DNA of 59,521 nucleotides from an uncultured Lachnospiraceae bacterium (lineage in GTDB: Bacteria > Bacillota > Clostridia > Christensenellales > UBA1242). The notes beneath the pieces are model-generated. The model saw only the letters and a list, made by a program, of their open reading frames with translations. It searched no databases and was not told where the DNA came from. Each line of letters begins with the position of its first letter. The stretch's first letter is position 1. Location: the NCBI GenBank assembly GCA_964457935.1, contig CAYWFC010000002.1:1-59521 (forward strand), written 5' to 3'. The translations under genes and the position numbers were made by a program. Shown piece by piece: positions 1 through 8,677 of the stretch.

Positions 1-962
1 CTAGCATAGGCGGTAGATTTTTCGCTATGGATAGAGAAAATAACCTCGACCGCACTCAGCAGGGCTTCGACGCGATGTTTTCTACAGGCGACACCATAGA
101 TGACCCTATCCAATATCTGAAAGACAATTACGCCAAAGGGGTGTATGACGAGTATATCCCACCTGTGCATGTGTTCACATTAGACAAACACCAGCCTAGC
201 GCTGATGATATATTCATATTCTACAATACGCGCGAGGACAGGATGCGCCAGCTGGCGAAAGTGACCCAAGACACATTTGTCGGCGCTACCATTTTGTCTA
301 TGACGAAATACGGCGACTTTGAGCATATCACACCGATATTTTCTGACCAAATAGTGCAGAACACTCTGTCAGAATATGTCTCCAAACTCGGTCTGCGCCA
401 GTTGAAGATATCTGAGACGACCAAATACGCTCACGTGACCTACTTTATGAACGGTCAGCGCGAAGAACCATGGCAGGGCGAGGACAGAGTGCACATCCCG
501 ACTATCAAGACGGCTGACTTCGCACAGTACCCGGCTATGCGCGCCCGCGAGATCACTGCCCAGACGCTCAAAGCGCTCAAGTCAGACGCCTACGACCTGA
601 TAATACTGAATTTCTCTAATCCGGATATGATAGGCCATACTGCGAATTATCCTGCCACTGTCAAGGCACTGGAAATACTGGATAAATGCGTGAAAAAGAT
701 AGTCAGCACCGCATTCAAAAAAGGATACTTTGCGTGCATCACTGCCGACCATGGCAACGCAGAAGAACTCCGCACCCCCGACGGCAATCCGCAAACTGCA
801 CATACACTAAACCCTGTGATGTTCAGCATTTTGGATAAAAATAATTGTAACCTAATTATGCGAAACAACGGCTCACTGCGTGATGTCGCACCTACATTGC
901 TGGCACTCATGGATGTGCCCAAAAACGAAGATTTTACCGGCACACCACTGTTTTATAAGTAA
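1..962 (+). CDS. gpmI: 2,3-bisphosphoglycerate-independent phosphoglycerate mutase, C-terminal ~320 aa (5' end outside window)
   Basis: The frame is open from base 3 (SIGGRFFAMDRENNLDR), so the ORF-track Met at 27 is internal. NFSNPDMIGHT and ITADHGNAE motifs are typical of iPGM. Stop is TAA at 960-962. Confidence 0.85.
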   Translation, partial: SIGGRFFAMDRENNLDRTQQGFDAMFSTGDTIDDPIQYLKDNYAKGVYDEYIPPVHVFTLDKHQPSADDIFIFYNTREDRMRQLAKVTQDTFVGATILSMTKYGDFEHITPIFSDQIVQNTLSEYVSKLGLRQLKISETTKYAHVTYFMNGQREEPWQGEDRVHIPTIKTADFAQYPAMRAREITAQTLKALKSDAYDLIILNFSNPDMIGHTANYPATVKALEILDKCVKKIVSTAFKKGYFACITADHGNAEELRTPDGNPQTAHTLNPVMFSILDKNNCNLIMRNNGSLRDVAPTLLALMDVPKNEDFTGTPLFYK

Positions 963-1078
963 AAAATTAAAAAAAACATCAAAAAATTGATATTTTTATG
1001 CCATTTCGCGACGTTTTTGTATGTTTTGGTATATTTTGTGAAAAAATCAGGCATTATGATATGCCTGATTTTTTGTAT

Positions 1079-1321
1079 TTAGTCAATATCTAACTCATCT
1101 TTGTTAAATTTAGCATCAGCAAAAAATTCTTCTATCGACATCCCAAATCCGTCAGCGATTTTTGCCACAGTGGATAATTGTATATCTTTGTTTCTCTCGT
1201 CTATGATATTCTTGAGCGTCTGCTCTGGCATCGCGACTTTTTTGCACAATGCATATCTAGTCATATTATTTTTGATGAGTAAATCGGTAATTCTCATCGC
1301 TACCGCTCGTTGTAGTTTCAT
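1079..1321 (-). CDS. XRE-family helix-turn-helix transcriptional regulator (80 aa)
   Basis: Small HTH layout (MRITDLLIKNNMTRYALCKKVAMPEQTLKNI ... IADGFGMSIEEFF). It has the same length and similar ends (DELDID vs DELNLD) as the XRE at 53076-53318. Confidence 0.75.
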   Translation of the reverse strand: MKLQRAVAMRITDLLIKNNMTRYALCKKVAMPEQTLKNIIDERNKDIQLSTVAKIADGFGMSIEEFFADAKFNKDELDID

Positions 1322-1516
1322 GGTATTTCTCCTATATTTCTCTTATTTAGAGTTTACCCCTAAAAAATTCAGAAAATACTCAATCATAGAGTGGTATATC
1401 AAAAACCAATGTATGCTGAATGAAATAAGTACGTGATTGTATGGCTTTTGAAAAAATTTGTCCTAAATGGGACTGGGCGTATTGACATCGGCGCGAAAAT
1501 GTGCTATTATATGTGT

Positions 1517-1735
1517 ATGTTCAAAGAAATGTGGTATGGCATCATTAATTTCGTCAAAGGCTGGTCAAATCTGCTGTATATCGGCATTTGCGCTTTTTTC
1601 GTGCTGGCTATTTTGTTTAGTCTAAAGGCTTTTCTGAAAGAGAACAAAAAATACGATAAGTTCAAAGCATCCAAACTGTGGCTGGTCATTATATTCTTCG
1701 CCATATTGATTTTGATAATATTTGTGAGAAATTAG
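1517..1735 (+). CDS. small membrane protein (hypothetical), probably leaderless
   Basis: Same frame as ORF 1433..1735, but a consensus promoter TTGACA(1482-1487)-17 nt-TATTAT(1505-1510) lies inside the long form. The first usable in-frame ATG is 1517, 7 nt after the -10. The product has two hydrophobic helices. Confidence 0.4.
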   Translation: MFKEMWYGIINFVKGWSNLLYIGICAFFVLAILFSLKAFLKENKKYDKFKASKLWLVIIFFAILILIIFVRN

Positions 1736-1796
1736 GTATTTTGCTTGATATAATTTCGTGAATGTGTTAGACTATGTCAGTTTTATTGGAGGATTT

Positions 1797-2108
1797 ATGT
1801 TAGACTTTATTTTAGCATCTGACGGTACTGTTAGCGATTGGGTAGCCAAGACTTTCCCTATCGTGCGTACTGTGATCATATGTTTGCTGGCGGTATTCGC
1901 TATCGCCCTGATAGTTTTGGTGTTTATGCAGATCAATGGTGGCGACGACACGACCAACGCCATCACTGGCAATAAAGATAGCTATTATGCGCAGAATAAG
2001 TCTGAGTCTCGCGAGGGTAGGATCACCAAATGGATCTACATCTGCGTGGGCGTTATCGCATTGCTGTGCATATTGTATTTCTTGTCATTCATACCATACA
2101 AAGGCTAA
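1797..2108 (+). CDS. secG: putative preprotein translocase subunit SecG-like membrane protein
   Basis: ATG 1797 is preceded by GGAGGA (1788-1793). The topology is two TM helices flanking a G/N/T-rich loop (VFMQINGGDDTTNAITG ... GRITKWIYICVGVIALL), resembling SecG. An extended -10 TGATATAAT lies at 1746-1754. Confidence 0.45.
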   Translation: MLDFILASDGTVSDWVAKTFPIVRTVIICLLAVFAIALIVLVFMQINGGDDTTNAITGNKDSYYAQNKSESREGRITKWIYICVGVIALLCILYFLSFIPYKG

Positions 2109-2135
2109 ACCATTCATACCATACAAAGGTTAAAT
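2086..2135 (+). repeat. 25-bp tandem duplication of the secG-like 3' end including the stop codon
   Basis: CATTCATACCATACAAAGGCTAAAC (2086-2110) and CATTCATACCATACAAAGGTTAAAT (2111-2135). Confidence 0.9.
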
Positions 2136-2136
2136 C

Positions 2137-2166
2137 AAAAATCACACTTAGGTGTGATTTTTTTGT
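2137..2166 (+). terminator. rho-independent terminator after the secG-like gene
   Basis: AAAAATCACAC-TTAG-GTGTGATTTTT followed by a T run. Confidence 0.8.
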
Positions 2167-2175
2167 ACTCGCAAT

Positions 2176-2305
2176 GTCTACTAAATATATATTTTTGTCA
2201 TTATAATATCTACTAAATATATATTTTTGTCATTATAATATCTACTAAATATGTATTTTCGATGTTATCTACTGTGAATTTTCGACATTATCTACTAATG
2301 GTGTG
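2176..2305 (+). repeat. five direct copies of an (A/G)TCTACT(A/G) word with shrinking period (32, 32, 27, 23 bp)
   Basis: Copies start at 2176, 2208, 2240, 2267 and 2290. The first two units (ATCTACTAAATATATATTTTTGTCATTATAAT) are nearly identical. Confidence 0.85.
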
Positions 2306-2407
2306 ATTTTTTTTATTAAGATACAAGGAAATGACAGTTTTTCTAGAATAAAATATAAGATACCGACACTGTGTCGATATTTTTTTTAATTATTTTCAAA
2401 AACCCTA

Positions 2408-2437
2408 TTGACAAAATCGCTTGGGGGGGGGTATAAT
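2408..2437 (+). promoter_or_regulatory. sigma-70-type promoter of the ANK-like gene with a G9 tract in the spacer
   Basis: TTGACA (2408-2413), 18-nt spacer containing G9 (2423-2431), TATAAT (2432-2437). Confidence 0.7.
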
Positions 2438-2464
2438 CAGGATGCATAAGAAAGGAGAAAGATT

Positions 2465-3667
2465 ATGTCATTATTAGATAAAATAAGAGAAAAACGAATT
2501 ATGGATATTTACAGCAAAGTGTGTAAACTGATTGCACGCAGAAACGATGAAGATAAAATATGTAGATATATCGACAAATATCCAGACATCATGTATGCCT
2601 ACGATGGTGCTCTAGGCAGATTGGCTGTCAAAAATGAATTGGAAGAAGTCGTATTAAGAATCCTAGATGACAAAAAATCTAGTCTTATTCAAGATGAAGA
2701 TGGCATGAATTTAGGTATGTATGCCGCTGAATACGAACTGGAAAGAGTCACTATAAAAGCCTTGGAAAACAGAGAAGCTAGTCTACAACAAGATAAGGAT
2801 GGTATGAATATCGGTATGCATGCCACTAAATGTAAATTACGAGAAGCCACTATGAAGGCACTAGATAACAAGGAAGCCAGCCTACAACAAGATAAAATGG
2901 GTATGAATATCGGTATGCATGCCGCTGGTATATGTGGCTTTCAAGAAATTGTTCTAAAGGCACTAGATAACGAAGAAGCCAGCTTACAACAGGATAAATA
3001 CGGTATGAATATGGGTATGCATGCTGCTGATAATGGATTAGGAAAGGCTACGATGAAAGCATTGGACAACAGAGAAGCCAGCCTGCAACAAGACGATGAC
3101 GGCAAGAACATAGGTATGATCGCCGCTTCTATGAGACTACGAACAGCTGCAATGAAGGCGTTAGACAACAGGGAAGCTAGCCTACAACAGGACGAGGACG
3201 GCGAAAATATAGGTATGCATGCTGCTGATCACAAGCTAGAACTAGTCACTATGAAAGCATTAGATAATAAAGAGGCTAGTCTACAACGAGATAAATATGG
3301 TATGAATATGGGTATGCATGCCGCTGAATATCAATTGGAAAGAGCCACTGTCAAAGCACTAGATAATAAGGAAGCCAGCCTACAACAAGATAAGAACGGC
3401 AAGAATATAGGTATGCATGCTGCTGATAACAAGCTAGAAATAGCTACCACAAAGGCGTTAGACAACAAAGAAGCTAGCCTACAGCGAGATAAAAATAACA
3501 TGAATATAGGTGCTCACGCTATGAAAAATAAACTATTGTGGGCTACTGCAAATGTATTGAATCTGGACAAATTAGCCAACAAACATTCAAGCACGACAGA
3601 CGAGACCACGAGTGAAGAGACTAATGAGACAGTTAGTTTATTAGATAAACTTGGTATATCCTTTTAG
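2465..3667 (+). CDS. ankyrin-like 33-residue repeat protein (9 tandem repeats), no signal peptide
   Basis: RBS AAAGGAGA precedes the start. Nine repeats fit KALDNxEASLQQDxxGMNIGMHAAxxxLxxATM (33-34 aa), matching the ANK spacing (D-G-x-x-x-x-x-H-x-A-A ... L-x-x-x-x-A-x-x-x-Q-D). Confidence 0.6.
   Translation: MSLLDKIREKRIMDIYSKVCKLIARRNDEDKICRYIDKYPDIMYAYDGALGRLAVKNELEEVVLRILDDKKSSLIQDEDGMNLGMYAAEYELERVTIKALENREASLQQDKDGMNIGMHATKCKLREATMKALDNKEASLQQDKMGMNIGMHAAGICGFQEIVLKALDNEEASLQQDKYGMNMGMHAADNGLGKATMKALDNREASLQQDDDGKNIGMIAASMRLRTAAMKALDNREASLQQDEDGENIGMHAADHKLELVTMKALDNKEASLQRDKYGMNMGMHAAEYQLERATVKALDNKEASLQQDKNGKNIGMHAADNKLEIATTKALDNKEASLQRDKNNMNIGAHAMKNKLLWATANVLNLDKLANKHSSTTDETTSEETNETVSLLDKLGISF
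2657..3554 (+). repeat. nine 99-102-bp coding tandem repeats (ANK-like units)
   Basis: Recurrent GAAGC(C/T)AG(C/T)CTACAACA(A/G)GA...GGTATGCATGC blocks, e.g. at 2774 and 2873. Confidence 0.85.
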
Positions 3668-3676
3668 AAAGTATAG

Positions 3677-3705
3677 AATACCGACACTATGTCGGTATTT
3701 TTGTT
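3677..3705 (+). terminator. rho-independent terminator after the ANK-like gene
   Basis: AATACCGACA-CTA-TGTCGGTATT plus T run. A near-identical hairpin lies at 2360-2388 upstream of the gene. Confidence 0.8.
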
Positions 3706-3886
3706 TGGTACGATGTCGAATGGATGAAAATATTAGTTTGAGAGAATAATATGTTAGTTTGAATGAAACAACACTAGTTTGAGATGACGAATAATAGTGC
3801 TCTATGTAGAGTGATATTTTTGTTTGTGGACAAATTGGTGCAAAAATATTGCATTTTTGTTCCACATATGATATACTACATATAGT

Positions 3887-3976
3887 ATGAAGATATTGCG
3901 GAAACTAAAGTACTTATTACTATTCGTGCTGATCATAGTGGGCTTGTCAGTCTACTACGCCTGCACAGGGAAGTAG
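3887..3976 (+). CDS. 29-aa hydrophobic peptide (MKILRKLKYLLLFVLIIVGLSVYYACTGK), leaderless candidate
   Basis: Below the ORF-track size cutoff. A near-consensus promoter TTGCAT(3849-3854)-17 nt-TATACT(3872-3877) ends 9 nt before the ATG. There is no SD. The product is a single TM helix. Confidence 0.3.
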   Translation: MKILRKLKYLLLFVLIIVGLSVYYACTGK

Positions 3977-4013
3977 TAGCAGTGTCCATACATCATCGTA
4001 ATATTTAGAGCAT

Positions 4014-4101
4014 GGAGAGGTGTCAGAGTGGTCTAATGTGCTCGCTTGGAAAGCGGGTGTACCCAAAAGTACCGCAGGTTCGAATCCTGTCCTCTCTGCC
4101 A
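4014..4101 (+). tRNA. tRNA-Ser (anticodon GGA), class II with long variable arm, CCA encoded
   Basis: Acceptor GGAGAGG/CCTCTCT (G1-U72 wobble). Anticodon stem CTCGC/GCGGG with loop TTGGAAA. Variable arm GTAC..GTAC. T arm GCAGG-TTCGAAT-CCTGT. 3' end is GCCA. One U-U mismatch in the D stem. Confidence 0.85.
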
Positions 4102-4145
4102 AACAAAATAAATCCAAGCGTCAGCGAGGATTTTTTTTGTTTGTA

Positions 4146-4232
4146 TTTTTCACTTTTCACTTTTCATTTTTCATTTTTCACTTTTCATTTTTCACTTTTC
4201 ATTTTTCATTTTCATTTTTTATTTCACTTTTC
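4146..4232 (+). repeat. heptanucleotide microsatellite (TTTTCAC/TTTTCAT), ~12 units
   Basis: Read directly. Lies between the tRNA-Ser and the ABC operon promoter. Confidence 0.9.
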
Positions 4233-4298
4233 TTTAATTTTTGGATTTATTTTGAAATAAGAAACAAAAAAGAAAAAAGAAAAATCATTGACGTTTTA

Positions 4299-4327
4299 TT
4301 GAGAATATTTATTATTTATGCTATAAT
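4299..4327 (+). promoter_or_regulatory. promoter of the ABC transporter operon
   Basis: TTGAGA (4299-4304)-17 nt-TATAAT (4322-4327). Confidence 0.55.
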
Positions 4328-4349
4328 ATCTGATATTGAAGGCATATTT

Positions 4350-5261
4350 ATGGAAAATATCATAGAGATTAGAGATTTGCACAAGAGTTTTGGAGACATT
4401 CACGCGGTGAACGGGCTGAATATCAGTGTCAAGAAGGGGCAACTATATGCATTTCTGGGGCTGAATGGCGCGGGCAAAAGCACGACTATATCCATTATGT
4501 GTGGGCATTTGGCGAAAGACAGTGGGCAGATATTCATCGACGGGCTGGACTTGGACGAACATTTGGACGAAGTGAAGTCCGAACTAGGGGTAGTGTTCCA
4601 GTTTAGTGCTCTAGACAAAGTGCTGACTGTGCGAGATAATCTACAGTCTAGGGCGAGTTTGTATGGCTTGACCAAGGCGCAGTTTGACGAGCGCTTGGAT
4701 GAATTAGACAAACTGCTAAATGTCAAGCCCTTACTCAAAAGGACATTCGGCAAACTATCAGGCGGGGAGAAGAGGAGAGTAGATTTCGCTAGGGCGCTAC
4801 TAAACAAGCCAAAAATCCTCATACTCGACGAGCCGACGACAGGGCTGGACCCGCATACGCGCAAAATGGTGTGGGATGTGATAAACAAACTACGCCATGA
4901 CAGCCAAATAACGGTATTTTTGACCACGCACTACATGGAGGAGACTACAGACGCCGATTATGTGGTGATATTGGATAGCGGGCGGATAGTAGCGGAAGGC
5001 ACGCCTATCGACCTAAAGGACAAATACACTGGCGACTTCGTCGTGCTGTACGACGTGGCAAAATCTGATGTGGAGAGACTAAATCTGCCGTACCAAGAGA
5101 TAGTGGGCGGATACAAAATATCTATCGAAAATACCAAAGTCGCGACAGACCTTATCCGAGCGCACGAAGATTTGTTTGACAATTTCGAAGTAATAAAAGG
5201 CAATATGGACGACGTATTCCTTGCCTGCACAGGCAAAGATTTGAAGGGTGATAACGTATGA
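4350..5261 (+). CDS. ABC transporter ATP-binding protein (ABC-2/DrrA-like)
   Basis: Walker A GLNGAGKST, signature LSGGEKRR, Walker B ILILDEPT. The ORF-track start 4020 overlaps the tRNA, so I use ATG 4350, downstream of promoter TTGAGA(4299)-17-TATAAT(4322). Confidence 0.9.
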   Translation: MENIIEIRDLHKSFGDIHAVNGLNISVKKGQLYAFLGLNGAGKSTTISIMCGHLAKDSGQIFIDGLDLDEHLDEVKSELGVVFQFSALDKVLTVRDNLQSRASLYGLTKAQFDERLDELDKLLNVKPLLKRTFGKLSGGEKRRVDFARALLNKPKILILDEPTTGLDPHTRKMVWDVINKLRHDSQITVFLTTHYMEETTDADYVVILDSGRIVAEGTPIDLKDKYTGDFVVLYDVAKSDVERLNLPYQEIVGGYKISIENTKVATDLIRAHEDLFDNFEVIKGNMDDVFLACTGKDLKGDNV

Positions 5262-6160
5262 CACTATGGGCATTAATCAAGCGTAACACGAAAATGTATT
5301 TCAAAGACAAGAGCGTGTTCTTTTCGTCACTCATTACTCCGCTGATATTGCTGTTTTTGTTCGTGACATTTCTGAAAAACGTATACACAGACAGCATCAT
5401 ATCTCAGATGCCGTCCGATGTGAATATATCCGCGTCTCTACTCAATGGCTTCGCGGGGAGTTGGTTCGTCTCGTCTATACTGGCGACTAGTTGCGTGACG
5501 ATAGCGTTTTGCGCCAATATGATAATGGTGCAGGACAAGGTGACAGGGAGTTATAGGGATTTGACTATCACTCCTGTCAGGAGGTCTACGCTCAATCTTA
5601 GTTATTATCTGTCCACTGCGTTCGTCACAGCCATAGTGTGCTACGTCGCATTCGCAGTCGGGCTGATATATCTGTCGGTCGTCGGATTTTATATGTCATT
5701 TGGCGACATAATACTGTGCGTAGTCGACATCGCACTGCTGGTGCTGTTTGGTACGGCGCTCTCGAGCATAGTGTGTGTATTCTTGAATAGCCAAGGCGCT
5801 ATCAGTGCTGTCGCTACTCTAGTTAGTTCTATGTACGGATTTGTCTGTGGTGCATATATGCCACTGTCGCAGTTTAGCGCTGGGCTAAGGAATGTACTTA
5901 TGCTCTTGCCGGGTACTTATGGCACAGGACTGATGCGACATCATATGATGAGTGGTGTCTTGCGAGCATTGCGCGCGCAAGGCTTGCCTGCCGATGTGGT
6001 ATCTAATCTCAGTCAATCATTCGATGCTACGCTGACATTCTTCGGTCACAGTGTCGATGTCTGGATGATGTATCTGGTGCTAGGAGTATGTGTGATTGCT
6101 CTGATGTCGGCGTTCGTCCTGATAGGAAAAATTAGGAATAAAAAAAACAAAAACCAATAA
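5258..6160 (+). CDS. ABC-2 type transporter permease
   Basis: ATGA overlap with the ATPase stop. About 6 hydrophobic helices. Typical partner of the upstream ATPase. Confidence 0.8.
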   Translation: MTLWALIKRNTKMYFKDKSVFFSSLITPLILLFLFVTFLKNVYTDSIISQMPSDVNISASLLNGFAGSWFVSSILATSCVTIAFCANMIMVQDKVTGSYRDLTITPVRRSTLNLSYYLSTAFVTAIVCYVAFAVGLIYLSVVGFYMSFGDIILCVVDIALLVLFGTALSSIVCVFLNSQGAISAVATLVSSMYGFVCGAYMPLSQFSAGLRNVLMLLPGTYGTGLMRHHMMSGVLRALRAQGLPADVVSNLSQSFDATLTFFGHSVDVWMMYLVLGVCVIALMSAFVLIGKIRNKKNKNQ

Positions 6161-6214
6161 TAAAAAATAAAATTAAAAACTAATAATAAAAAGTCAAAAA
6201 TTAATAAAATCGCA

Positions 6215-6252
6215 AAAAAACGCAGAAAAATATGAAAAAATCTGCGTTTTTT
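6215..6252. terminator. bidirectional terminator between convergent ABC permease and DUF11 genes
   Basis: AAAAAACGCAGA-14 nt loop-TCTGCGTTTTTT. Confidence 0.65.
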
Positions 6253-6260
6253 ATTTATTA

Positions 6261-7025
6261 TTAATCAATTTGTACTTTGAATGACACTGTGACGCTGGCA
6301 CGCGGAGATAGGTCTGGCAGAGCGAAACCGTCTGCTGGGTGGTAGTCGGATTTTTCTATCCCATCTACTGTTACGCTGTTTGGTACGAAAGTCGTGCCAT
6401 GCGGGATAGGGTCAGTGAATATTATGTCGGTATTGGTGGCAGTGCCAGTATTGGATATCTGCACTGTGTATGTCAAAATGTCACCAGACTTGACAGCATT
6501 TTTGTCAGCAGATTTTAGCATAGTGATACCGCTCTCCAATGCTGGCATGGCCACGCTATTTGACGCTACAGAATACTGCACGCCGTCTATAGTAGTGGTC
6601 AGTGTAGTGCTATTGTACACTTCATCGACGGCTAGATATCTGTCTATCACTATGTCATATGACATAGTCATCTCACCGCCTTGCGCACCTATGGTAATGG
6701 GTGGGTCAAAGCCAGCGACAGGATCGTATTCGGCATAATTCACAGAGCCGATTTTCACAGAACCAGCCACGAACGACGCACCTGTGCTGAGCGTGTCAGT
6801 GATATTAAAGTCATCAATGTCTTGGTCAGTATTGTTCGTGATGATAGTGGTCACTGTGATGATGTCATTTGCTATGGCGTAGTCTTTGTTCGCCGATTTG
6901 ACCAAAACAATGTCAGTATCGACATTGGTGGTGCGCTGGACATTGCTGTCAGTAGTCAGAGATATCTTTTGCCCCGACTGCGATGTGACGCTGGATGCCA
7001 GTGATGCTTGGTTAATGATAGGCAT
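6261..7025 (-). CDS. DUF11 (conserved repeat domain) protein, two repeats, no signal peptide
   Basis: Two copies of the pattern GDxxTYTxxxxNTG...xxxFTDxxPxGxxFVxxSV (GDILTYTVQISNTGTATNTDIIFTDPIPHGTTFVPNSVTV). Adjacent to a collagen-like gene. Confidence 0.65.
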   Translation of the reverse strand: MPIINQASLASSVTSQSGQKISLTTDSNVQRTTNVDTDIVLVKSANKDYAIANDIITVTTIITNNTDQDIDDFNITDTLSTGASFVAGSVKIGSVNYAEYDPVAGFDPPITIGAQGGEMTMSYDIVIDRYLAVDEVYNSTTLTTTIDGVQYSVASNSVAMPALESGITMLKSADKNAVKSGDILTYTVQISNTGTATNTDIIFTDPIPHGTTFVPNSVTVDGIEKSDYHPADGFALPDLSPRASVTVSFKVQID

Positions 7026-7184
7026 ATATACCCCCTTGGATAATTAATAAAAATGGCTAAAAAATATTTTAATTTTAATAAATTAATTAATTATTTTTTA
7101 TTTTTATCGAAAATATCAATAAAAAACGATAAAAACGGTATTTTTTATTAATTTTTTAGTATTTTTATGATTATTTTTTATATT

Positions 7185-8069
<885 letters not shown>

Positions 8070-8170
8070 AACATGTCTCCTTCACTAAGTCATACTATGT
8101 CAGGAGCGCAATATTGGTGCATCATAAAAATGGCTAAAATTTAATAAATTATTTATTTTTTTATTCTTTA

Positions 8171-8677
8171 TCAAATCAGTCGACACATCAGGCACGCCAC
8201 CACCGCTCCCACCAGATTGCACAGCAGGGCGATAGGTATAGTGAGCAGAGTTTTCTTCACCTTGGTGCTGGCGAAATATATGCTGGATACATAGAAAATA
8301 GTATCACTGCTACCCATGATGACGCTGGCACACTTGCCCACATATGTGTCCACGCCGTATTTGGCGAAAATATCTCGCAGTAGCACATACGCTGCATTGC
8401 CACTAAACGGACGAATGATGATGAGTTCGGTGACTTCTTTCGGTATGCCTAGCACGCCCAGCGCAGGAGACAGCACAGTGCACAGCATACTGCTCAGCCC
8501 GCTCGCGCGGAATAATTCTATGGCGATAAACATAGCTAGCAAGTACGGGAAAATGCTAGCAATCAGTGGTAGCGCGCCCTTAGCACCCTTGACGAAACTG
8601 CCGTAGGCGTCTTTTTTCTTTATGACGGCATACACGAATACGAATATTATGAGGGAGGGGAATAGTATATCAGCCAT
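8171..8677 (-). CDS. spmB: spore maturation protein B (nucleoside-recognition/Gate domain membrane protein)
   Basis: MADILFPSLIIFVF... polytopic protein. Start ATG 8677 overlaps the spmA stop (8670-8672). The ORF-track extension to 8791 would overlap spmA. Confidence 0.75.
   Translation of the reverse strand: MADILFPSLIIFVFVYAVIKKKDAYGSFVKGAKGALPLIASIFPYLLAMFIAIELFRASGLSSMLCTVLSPALGVLGIPKEVTELIIIRPFSGNAAYVLLRDIFAKYGVDTYVGKCASVIMGSSDTIFYVSSIYFASTKVKKTLLTIPIALLCNLVGAVVACLMCRLI

Noticed and set aside
1936-2133. 65-aa ORF overlapping the secG-like 3' end and ending ...PFIPYKG.
   Set aside because: It is an alternative frame inside a better-supported gene. Its C-terminus merely reads through the 25-bp duplicated segment.
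4014-4101. tRNA-Ser as the integration site of a genomic island.
   Set aside because: There is no integrase, no direct repeat of the tRNA 3' end, and no compositional shift in the following ABC transporter genes.
4012-4349. ORF-track ORFs 4012..4260 and the N-terminal 110 aa of 4020..5261.
   Set aside because: They translate the tRNA-Ser gene and the TTTTCAC/T microsatellite (FHFSFF repeats). The ABC ATPase has its own promoter and a canonical N-terminus from ATG 4350.
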